Origin: Thermomicrobiales bacterium
GTDB lineage: Bacteria; Chloroflexota; Chloroflexia; Thermomicrobiales; UBA6265
Assembly: GCA_023957115.1 (NCBI GenBank)
Contig: JAMLHN010000001.1
Span: 92,708-156,707, forward strand
DNA length: 64,000 nucleotides
Direction of reading: 5' to 3'
The notes under the pieces are model-generated. The model searched no databases, was not told the DNA's origin, and saw only the letters and a list, made by a program, of their open reading frames with translations. Position numbers and translations under genes: made by a program. Below, in pieces: positions 9,404 through 17,268 of the stretch; position 1 is the first letter of the stretch; each line of letters begins with the position of its first letter.

Positions 9404-10798
9404 ATGTCAGAACAGCGCGCGCGAATCGAACGGGACAGCATGGGCGAGATGGAGGTCCCGGGCGATGCGCTCTACGGCGCCACCACCGCCCGGGCCATCC
9501 TGAACTTCCCGATCAGCGGAGTTGCCTTTTCGCGGTCTTTTCTGCGAGCGCTCGGCCTGATCAAGGCCGCCGCGGCGACGGTCAACGGCGAATTGGGACT
9601 GCTACCGGCGGAGAAGGTCGATCTCATCGTCGCGGCTGCGCAGGAGGTGGCCAACGGAGACTGGGACGACCACTCTTCGGATCGACATCTTCCAGACCGG
9701 GTCTGGCACCTCGACCAATATGAACGCCAGAGGTGATCGCCAACCGCGCGAACGCGATGGCCAAGGGCGCGGTCAAGATCCACCCCAACGACGATGTCAC
9801 CATGAGCCAGCAGCAATGATGTGATCCCGTCCGCGATCCACGTTGCCGCGGCGCTCGAAGCAACTGAGCCCGATCCCGGCGCTCAAGCACCTGCAGGCGG
9901 TGACCGAGACGTGCCGGCGAGCTCAAGGAGGCCGTCAAACCGGCCGCACGCATCTCATGGACGCCACGCCGGTGACGCTTTCGGCCAGGAAGCCGGGGGC
10001 TGCGGGCGCGCAGCCGAGCTGGCGATCGAGCGGATCGAATCGACGCTGCCGCGCATTGCCGAGCTGGCGATCGGTGGCACCGCGGTGGGGACGGGTATCA
10101 ATGCCCACCCGGAATTCGCGAAGGGTGTGGCTGCCGAGCTTGCAAAGATGACCGGATTCCCATTCGTCGAGGCACGCAATCACTTTGCTGCGCAGGCGAC
10201 GATGGATTCGGCGGCCGAGCTAAGCGGTCAATTGAAGGCGTATGCGGTTGGGTTGATGAAGATCGCCAACGATCTGCGCTTCATGGAATAGCGGGCCGCA
10301 GGCTGGGTTCGCCGAGATCGTACTGCCGCCGCTGCAACCAGGCTCCTCGATCATGCCGGGCAAGATCAACCCGGTCATTGCCGAAGCGACCATGATGGTC
10401 TGCGCCCAGGTGATCGGTAACGACACCTCGGTTGCGATCGGCGCGCAGATGGGCAACTTCGAGCTGAACGTCATGCTGCCGGTGATCGCGCAACCTCTTG
10501 CACCCGGACGGAGCTGCTGGCCAGGACGTCAGAAGTGCTGGCCGACAAGGCGATGGCGGGCTTCACGGTCAATACCGAGCATATTGCCGATCTGGTCGAC
10601 CGCAATCCGATCATGGTGACCGCGCTCAACCCAATCCTCGGATACGAGTTGGGCGCGAAGATTGCCAAAACCGCCTATGCGGAGAATCGCAAGTGGGTCA
10701 AGGATGTCGCCAGGGAGCTCTCCGATCTCTCGATGGAACAACTCGACGAGCTGCTCGATCCGCTTTCCCTGACCGAAGGCGGGATCAAGGGTGGCTGA
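9404..10798 (+). pseudogene. fumC: class II fumarate hydratase / aspartase family protein, heavily frame-broken
   Basis: Family segments are scattered over all three frames: RIERDSMGEMEVPGDALYGATTARAILNF; (D)IFQTGSGTSTNMNA; EVIANRANAMAKGAVKIHPNDDVTMSQ; VIPSAIHVAAALEA; GRTHLMDATPVTL; IGGTAVGTGINAHPEF; [28 protein letters not shown]; [15 protein letters not shown]. At least 7 frame changes. QTGSGT favours fumarase over aspartase. Confidence 0.75.
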
Positions 10799-10810
10799 TC
10801 GTGCGGGCAA

Positions 10811-11098
10811 GTTCTGGAAATTAGGAAATGGGAAATAGGAGATAGTGGCGGGGCTGGAAACATTGAGTTCCCGGACCCGTTCGCTGCGGCGAGGAGGCCT
10901 CTCCACTTCGGTCGAGACGACGGAATGTCCAGAAGCAGAGCCCGATCTCAGGCGACGGAGCGCACCCCAATGATCGTAGCGCTGGGCGTCTCTGCCCGGC
11001 GATCGGCCGCAGGCCGATAACGGCGTGGCCCCGTAGACCGGCTCAACGTGGCAACCGTTTTGGTCTGCGCGCTCCCAAATCCCAACTCCTAACTCCCC
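10811..11098. repeat. pair of heptamer arrays of opposite polarity bracketing a convergent intergenic core
   Basis: The left array at 10811-10848 reads ggaaatt aggaaat gggaaat aggagat. The right array at 11072-11098 reads ctcccaa atcccaa ctcctaa ctcccc. The arms are only partly complementary. Confidence 0.7.
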
Positions 11099-12258
11099 GG
11101 TATGGCACAAGAGAACTCGGAGTACGCGATTCCGGCCAGGGTCTTGGGCCCGTTGGGACCGCACATCGGGCAGTTTGGATCTTTGCGGATCGCGATCTCG
11201 CGAAATGTCATGGGCAACGCGTCCAGGGTCAGCAGGCGGCCGATCAGCGGCTCGCCGATTCCCAGGATCAGCTTGAATGCCTCCGCCGTCTGGATCAGCC
11301 CGATGATCCCCGGGAGAACGCCAAGCACTCCGGCTTCGGCGCAGTTGAGGGCGGTGCCGGGCGGCGGCGGTTCATCGAACAGGCAACGGTAGCACGGACC
11401 GTCCGGAAGCGAAAAGACCGTCACCTGTCCGCGAAATCGGTCGACGCCGCCATGCACGTTCGGTTTGCCAAGGAGCACGCAGGCGTCGTTGATCAGATAC
11501 CGGGTCGCGAAGTTGTCCGCCCCGTCGACGACCAGGTCGTACGAGCCGACCAGATCGAGCACGTTGTCGCTTGACAGGCGTTCGGGAATCGGGATCACTT
11601 CGACATCTGGATTGAGCTCGGCGATCGCCTTCATTGCCGATTCGACCTTGGGAGCACCGATATCGCTGGTTCCGTGGATCACCTGGCGTTGCAGATTGCT
11701 CTCGTCGACCAGGTCGTCGTCGATCACTCCGATATGCCCGACTCCAGCGGCGGCGAGATAAAGGAGTGCCGGCGAACCGAGCCCGCCCGCGCCGACGACC
11801 AGCACTCGACTGGCGAGGAGGCGTTCCTGCCCCTCCTTGCCAACTTCGGGGAGGAGCAGATGACGGCTGTAGCGCGCGGTCAACGCCGGAGAGAACGGCC
11901 CGGGGGTGACCCACGGGAGCCCAGCGTTCTTCCATCCGTTGAAGCCGGGTTCCATCGAGATCGGATCTTCGTACCCGAGTGTCTTCATGATCTCGGCGGC
12001 CGCGTACGAGCGGACCCCGCCGGCGCAGTAGATCAACACGGGGGTAGATTTCTCGGGAAGCTCGCTCGTTATCCGATCCGCGACCTGGCCCAGGGGGATG
12101 TGAACCGCTCCCTCCAGCATCCCCTGTTCGACCTCGACCGGCTCGCGGACGTCGAGAACGGGAAGATGATTGGCGATCAGCGCCTGAGCCTCGGCGAGAC
12201 TAACTTCCTGGATCTGATCGGCAGTGGAATTTGGTGGTTGGTGGTAGTTTTGCGACAT
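11089..12258 (-). CDS. ThiF/MoeB-type adenylyltransferase with N-terminal rhodanese domain
   Basis: Start ATG at 12258 (MSQNYHQ). Rhodanese domain with active-site loop IYCAGGVRS. Then ARYSRHLLLPEVG, VLVVGAGGLGSPALLYLAAAGVG, DESNLQRQ, and CxxC pairs (CYRC, CPMC). Confidence 0.85.
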   Translation of the reverse strand: MSQNYHQPPNSTADQIQEVSLAEAQALIANHLPVLDVREPVEVEQGMLEGAVHIPLGQVADRITSELPEKSTPVLIYCAGGVRSYAAAEIMKTLGYEDPISMEPGFNGWKNAGLPWVTPGPFSPALTARYSRHLLLPEVGKEGQERLLASRVLVVGAGGLGSPALLYLAAAGVGHIGVIDDDLVDESNLQRQVIHGTSDIGAPKVESAMKAIAELNPDVEVIPIPERLSSDNVLDLVGSYDLVVDGADNFATRYLINDACVLLGKPNVHGGVDRFRGQVTVFSLPDGPCYRCLFDEPPPPGTALNCAEAGVLGVLPGIIGLIQTAEAFKLILGIGEPLIGRLLTLDALPMTFREIAIRKDPNCPMCGPNGPKTLAGIAYSEFSCAIPGS

Positions 12259-12349
12259 GATCGGGTTCCTTTTGTGGCGTTCAGGTGCCACCTGCAACCC
12301 TACTGTATTGGTAAACCATTGGTAAACCATTCCGCCACGGATACGACCT

Positions 12350-12834
12350 ATGACCGAATCTTTGTCTGGTACCCCACTTGCCGTTCGCGACGATCACAAC
12401 TGTTTCGGTTGTGGCGCGGACAATCCGTGGGGGCTCCATTTGACCTTCATGGCCGAACCCGATGGCGCGGTCAACTCGCATTGGACTCCGCAGGTGAACC
12501 ATCAGGGATACGACGGAATGGTGCATGGCGGCATCATCTCGACGGTCTTCGATGAGGTTATGGCCTGGGCGGTGACCAATGCCGGCATCTGGGCGGTTAC
12601 CGGGCGGCTGAGCACGACCTACCGCAAACCGGTCGAGATCGGCGTGCCGGCCATCGCCCGCGCCGAGATCGCCAAGGTCACCAGTCGTACGGCGGAGGTC
12701 ACGGCAACCATCCGCCGTGCATCGGATGGACTGCTCCTGGCCGAGGCGACCTCGCTCTTTGGCGGGTCTCACCTGAGCAATCGGCTGCCTGGCAGGAGAA
12801 ATACGCCCGCGCCGAGGCATCGACAGACGAGTAA
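12350..12834 (+). pseudogene. PaaI/hotdog-fold thioesterase; frame break near 12766
   Basis: Contains NCFGCGADNPWGLHL and MVHGGIISTVFDEVMAWA. The C-terminal RVSPEQSAAWQEKYARAEASTDE* is in the neighbouring frame. Confidence 0.7.
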
Positions 12835-12898
12835 GGTGAAGGGCCGGAGAATCGTCCAGTGTCCAGTGTAGGTTTGTGCTGACTGCTGACCGCGTGCC

Positions 12899-13579
12899 TC
12901 AAACCGGATCGGCGCCGTTCTGGTCCGGCAGCCCGGCGCGGGCCGACTGCACCATGAGATTCAGCACCTGCAGCAGCTGGCGGATGTTGCTTTCGTCCAG
13001 GAGGAAGAGCGCCAGCCCGGTCTCCTCGGCATGGAAATCGACTTGGTCGGCTGATTCGACTTCGCCGGAGAGCTGCATGGCCGCCAGCCAGTCGCGAGCT
13101 TCTGCGTTGGCTTCGGAGAGGAGCCGGAGCAGATTGGCCGCGGCCTCCTTGCGGACGTTGTCGCGTTCCTCTTCCGGGATCTCTTTCGGCGTCTCATCCG
13201 GTCCAGCGCCGGTCAACGCCCGATGCGTGGCCGGGGTGGTTGCCAGAATGTACGCCTCGTCCTCGGTTACGGCATGCGCCAGAATGCGCGGCCCGGGAGT
13301 GTTCAGCGTGGCAGCGCGTTCCAGTGTGCGTAAGTCGCTCTGGAACAGTTGTCGTCCGGGCTGTCCGTCCTCGTCGTTGGTATTGAGCTCGTAGTGATAG
13401 ATCAGAAACGCCGCCGGTCCGATCGACGATTCGAGCTCCACCGTCGAAATTCCGGCATTCAGATCCTGCTTGAACGGCAGGATCTCCTCTGCCAGGGTAT
13501 TCAGGTCTTCCTGCAGATCGAGGGCTTCGTTGAGAAAGGCCGCTAGGCGGAGAGAAATGGGTACGATGGGATCGGTCAT
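12899..13579 (-). CDS. hypothetical acidic protein
   Basis: ORF 12899..13795 with an internal ATG at 13579 (MTDPIVPISLRL...). Coding-like composition. No family recognised. Confidence 0.5.
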   Translation of the reverse strand: MTDPIVPISLRLAAFLNEALDLQEDLNTLAEEILPFKQDLNAGISTVELESSIGPAAFLIYHYELNTNDEDGQPGRQLFQSDLRTLERAATLNTPGPRILAHAVTEDEAYILATTPATHRALTGAGPDETPKEIPEEERDNVRKEAAANLLRLLSEANAEARDWLAAMQLSGEVESADQVDFHAEETGLALFLLDESNIRQLLQVLNLMVQSARAGLPDQNGADPV

Positions 13580-13673
13580 GATGCGTGGCTTTCCAGACGA
13601 TCGATCGGTCGTTCGGTCACAAAGGATAACGGGTAGAGGAGCAGGCAACGTGTGCGCGAAACCGAATGATGAC

Positions 13674-14108
13674 ATGGTCCAAACGCTCATGGACGCCGCC
13701 GTTCGCGCGGCTGAGCAGGCATACGTACCATATTCGAACTTTCCGGTAGGCGCCGCGCTCCTGGCCAACGATGGCACAGTCGTAACCGGGTGCAATGTCG
13801 AAAATGCAAGCTATCCGCTGACCAACTGCGCCGAGCGGGTCGCCATCGGCACGGCGGTTGCCGGCGGAATTCGCACGATCCAGGCCATTGCCGTCTATGC
13901 GCCGCGCGTGGAGACCGTGACGCCGTGTGGGGCCTGCCGCCAGGTGATCAACGAATTCAAGCCAGAAGACGACGAGCTCTGGATGATCTTCTCATCCATC
14001 GCCGGTCCCATGCTGGTTCCGTTTTCCGAGCTGTTGCCGCGGGCATTCGGCCCGCGCGATCTGGAAGACTGGGGTTCCGGCCCCCCGGATTGGAAGGCGC
14101 CCCAATAG
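13674..14108 (+). CDS. cdd: cytidine deaminase
   Basis: AYVPYSNFPVGAALL, CAERVAIG and TPCGACRQVINEF (zinc ligands C-A-E and PCxxC). Confidence 0.85.
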   Translation: MVQTLMDAAVRAAEQAYVPYSNFPVGAALLANDGTVVTGCNVENASYPLTNCAERVAIGTAVAGGIRTIQAIAVYAPRVETVTPCGACRQVINEFKPEDDELWMIFSSIAGPMLVPFSELLPRAFGPRDLEDWGSGPPDWKAPQ

Positions 14109-14122
14109 AACAGCCACGGCTC

Positions 14123-15235
14123 CTATTGGACGGCGTTCACCAATGCGTCCGATAGCGTTGCCCAACGCGGCGGCACGAATGGCCAGAGATGGAACGTGGC
14201 GCGGTTGGCGAAGATAGCGGCGGCGAGATCGATGGTCGGATCGGCCCAGAGCAGTGTCCCCGCGGCGCCGAAATGGCAGAAGGTCTGGGGCGAGGTCAGA
14301 TTCCCGGTCCAATGCTTTGCTTTCTGCCCTTTGATCTCCCAACCGAGTCCCCAGGAGGCAACCGGCCATTTGACACGGGCTGCCTGGACCTCGCCCGGCA
14401 GCCCGTGGACCTGGTCGGCGATCATCTCGGCGGCCAGCTGGGGCAGGATGAATCCGTCGCCGTGTCGCAGGAAGGTCGCCGCGAAACGCACGGCGTCGTC
14501 CGGGGAACCGTAAAGTCCACCCCAAGGGATGGCCAGATCGCGCCAGTACTGGCTGTTGTACGACTCGGTCGGTCTGCCTTGACCGTAGACATCGCGGATG
14601 CGGGCGATACGGTCATCGAGCTCCGGACCGGGCCGCGCGATCGTGTCGTGCAGCTCCAGCGGTTCGAAGACATTCTCCCAGGTGAGATCCCAGAAATCCC
14701 GGCCGCTGACCGTCTCGACCAACCGGCCGAGAATACCGTACCCGGTATTCGAGTAGATTAGCTCGGATCCCGGTTCGGTCCAGAGTGGCTGTCGCAGCAT
14801 CGCATCGGTGATCTCCCGAAGGGTGGGCGCCTCACGACTACTGAATGTTCCCCGTGGGAGGTCTTCCGGTAGTCCAGAGGTGTGCGAGAGGACCTGTCGC
14901 ACCGTGATCGTTTCACGCAAATGGCGGAGGGTATCGTCGCTCGACGACCCGGTCGCGAACTCGGGGAGGTAGGTCGCGACTGGGGCATCGAGATCGATCT
15001 CGTCGTTCTCGACCAGCGTCATCACGGTGGCCGCGGTCATCGGTTTCGTTACCGAGGCCAAACCGAACAGGGTCTGCTCATCGACTGGTACATCGGGCTT
15101 GGCCTCGCCTGCGTAACGACGACCGGCGATCTCGCCCCGGTGCCAGATCACCGCGGCGGCGCCGGGAACCCCGGACTCCCCGATCCAGTCATCGATTTGT
15201 TCGAGTGCGGTTGCGATCTTGCTGGATATCGACAT
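14123..15235 (-). CDS. serine hydrolase (beta-lactamase/DD-peptidase family)
   Basis: Start ATG at 15235 (MSISSKIATALEQ). SxxK motif SVTK and YxN motif YSNTGY. Confidence 0.8.
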   Translation of the reverse strand: MSISSKIATALEQIDDWIGESGVPGAAAVIWHRGEIAGRRYAGEAKPDVPVDEQTLFGLASVTKPMTAATVMTLVENDEIDLDAPVATYLPEFATGSSSDDTLRHLRETITVRQVLSHTSGLPEDLPRGTFSSREAPTLREITDAMLRQPLWTEPGSELIYSNTGYGILGRLVETVSGRDFWDLTWENVFEPLELHDTIARPGPELDDRIARIRDVYGQGRPTESYNSQYWRDLAIPWGGLYGSPDDAVRFAATFLRHGDGFILPQLAAEMIADQVHGLPGEVQAARVKWPVASWGLGWEIKGQKAKHWTGNLTSPQTFCHFGAAGTLLWADPTIDLAAAIFANRATFHLWPFVPPRWATLSDALVNAVQ

Positions 15236-15383
15236 GGGTAGGGCGGTCCGATTCCTTGATTTCGTAGCGTGCGCGATACGCCAACGGTCACCGGCGGCGA
15301 ATGGTCGAAGCGCGGTTGGCCGTGCCGGAGCGCCGTCGCTGCAGGGTATTATCACCGGCTGATGGATAGACGGATATGAGGGA

Positions 15384-16133
15384 GTGAGCTTCGGGATGAC
15401 GCAGGATCCCACACTGGTGATCGTAAAAGATGCGGGCGAGATGAGCCGGATGGCGGCCGAGATCGTCACCGAGGTGCTCACCGCGCGACCAACCGCGCCA
15501 ATCTCGCTCCCAACCGGTAGTACGCCGGTGGGGATGTTCGATGCGTTGATCGATGCGTCCCGGAACGGCACGCTCGATCTGACGCGGTTCGAGCTCTTTT
15601 GCCTCGACGAGTATCTGGGTGTGACGATCGACAACCCCAATACGCTCACGGCATGGTTGAAGCGGACGTTGATCGAGCCGGCCGGAATTCCGATGGACCA
15701 TGTTCGCACGTTGCCGGTCGACGATCCCGATCCCGATGCGGCCGCGCATCGATACGATCAGGCGATCGCCAGCGCGGGCAATCTGGCGCTGGCGGTGTTG
15801 GGAATCGGCAACAACGGACATATTGCGTACAACGAGCCTGGTTCCGAAGCCGATTCGCGTACCCGGGTGATCGATCTGACGCAGGAATCGATCGATCAGG
15901 CTGCTGGGTATTTCGACGGAGCGACCGTGCCAACCCAGGCCATGACGGTCGGGGTCGGAACCTTGCTGGAAGCGGACCGGATCGTCCTGATCGCCCATGG
16001 GGCCGGCAAAGCCGAGATCATCCGGCGCGCCCTGCGTGATCCGATGTCCGCCCAGGTCCCGGCCTCGTGGTTGCGCTTGGCCCCCGACCGCGTCACATTC
16101 ATTCTCGACGAAGCCGCCGCAGGTCTTCTTTAG
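15384..16133 (+). CDS. nagB: glucosamine-6-phosphate deaminase / 6-phosphogluconolactonase family
   Basis: LPTGSTPVGMF, CLDEY, LGIGNNGHIAYNEPGS and GAGKAEII. The start may be the ATG at 15396. Confidence 0.8.
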   Translation: MSFGMTQDPTLVIVKDAGEMSRMAAEIVTEVLTARPTAPISLPTGSTPVGMFDALIDASRNGTLDLTRFELFCLDEYLGVTIDNPNTLTAWLKRTLIEPAGIPMDHVRTLPVDDPDPDAAAHRYDQAIASAGNLALAVLGIGNNGHIAYNEPGSEADSRTRVIDLTQESIDQAAGYFDGATVPTQAMTVGVGTLLEADRIVLIAHGAGKAEIIRRALRDPMSAQVPASWLRLAPDRVTFILDEAAAGLL

Positions 16134-16135
16134 GA

Positions 16136-16325
16136 ATCAGGAGTTGGGAGTTAGGAGTTAGGCCGTGTTTGAAAAGCCGATCGTGCGCCCTGATGGACGC
16201 CGCGTTTCGGGTTCTTCATGCCATTGAGACTCCGAAACGCGTTGCTTAGGTCTCCTCCGGGCTCCGGACTCCAACTCCTAACACCCAACTCCCACCACCG
16301 AACTCCTAAATCTCAGCTCCTAACT
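16136..16325. repeat. heptamer-armed element containing MITE-like core copy A
   Basis: The left arm at 16140-16163 reads ggagttg ggagtta ggagtta gg. The core at 16161-16272 is about 85 percent identical to 32738-32850. The right arm at 16268-16325 reads actccaa ctcctaa caccc aactccc .. aactcct aaatctc agctcct aactcct. 16140-16155 pairs with 16277-16292 at 15/16 positions. Confidence 0.85.
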
Positions 16326-17199
16326 CCTCTTCGATCGCGTCGACGACCCGCCGGGTGGTGATGGGATCGACTGAGAAAATGACCCCGCGCTCGTTCCGGG
16401 GGATGCGCTTGTTGTAGTGGTGGAGGTTTCCCCGGAGATCGGTCATCGAGCCGCCGGCTTCGTGGATGATCAGGTCAGGCGCGGCGAAATCCCACTCCCA
16501 GGCGAAGGTCTGGTCATCGATGGTGCTTCCCAGTTTGTAGCCGACAACGGAATCGGCGGCCTGACTCCCAGGCATGATGCGCCGAACCGAGATGCCGACC
16601 TGAGAGACCTGCGGCGCGGGGGCGCCGAGCCGGACCGCCATTCGCTCGAAAAAGGAGAAGTTCTCTGGATAACCAAGCCAGACCGAGGTCATCAGCCGGG
16701 GTGGTTGATCCTGGGGCAGTGGAATCAGCCGGAGTGCTTCCTTTGTTCCCTTGCGCTCGATGCCGGCGCCGTGGCCGGTTGTGGCGGAGAGCAGCAAATC
16801 CTCGGTCGGCTGATACATGACGCTGACGACCGGCCGGCCATCGATGACGAGCGCGATCAGCATGTCGAATTCGCCCGTTCGGCTGACGAACTGATTGGTT
16901 CCATCGATGGGATCGATGATCCAGACCCGCGAATTGGAGAGACGCGCTTCGTCGTCAGCGCCCTCTTCGGTCAGGAGCGCATCGTTCGGAAACGCGTCGA
17001 GGATCGTTTCGCGGATGATGCGATCAGCGGCGAGATCCGCATCGGTAACCACCGATCCATCTTGCTTGACATACGATTCGGCCGATTGCGCCGTGTAGAA
17101 GTCGAGCACAGCCGCTCCGGCCGTGCGAGCTGCATGTTTTGCGACATCGAGCTCCTGGGCATAGATGATGGACGAATCGCGCATGTGCTTCGTTTTCAC
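16306..17199 (-). CDS. inositol monophosphatase / CysQ 3'(2'),5'-bisphosphate nucleotidase family
   Basis: Contains LTEEGADDE, WIIDPIDGT and WEWDFAAPDLIIHEAGG. The last 8 codons and the TAG stop lie inside the heptamer array. Confidence 0.8.
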   Translation of the reverse strand: MKTKHMRDSSIIYAQELDVAKHAARTAGAAVLDFYTAQSAESYVKQDGSVVTDADLAADRIIRETILDAFPNDALLTEEGADDEARLSNSRVWIIDPIDGTNQFVSRTGEFDMLIALVIDGRPVVSVMYQPTEDLLLSATTGHGAGIERKGTKEALRLIPLPQDQPPRLMTSVWLGYPENFSFFERMAVRLGAPAPQVSQVGISVRRIMPGSQAADSVVGYKLGSTIDDQTFAWEWDFAAPDLIIHEAGGSMTDLRGNLHHYNKRIPRNERGVIFSVDPITTRRVVDAIEEELGAEI

Positions 17200-17268
17200 T
17201 CCTGGACTAGACTCTCTGGAGTTGCCCGCTTCGCGTTCATACTCCGCGCCACACAGGCGTCTTGCGTT

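Noticed and set aside
16190-16249. Small ORFs inside the MITE-like cores (MDAAFRVLHAIETPKRVA; MGAAFRTLHAVEAPE.. at 32769..)
   Set aside because: The peptide similarity simply reflects about 85 percent nucleotide identity of the repeat. There is no SD sequence, and the two ORFs differ in length and end.
16417-17268. N-terminal 284 codons of the 1257-aa ORF 16417..20190
   Set aside because: This part is antisense to the well-supported IMPase-family gene (16306..17199) and has no helicase similarity. The helicase begins at the ATG at 17269, just before Walker A.
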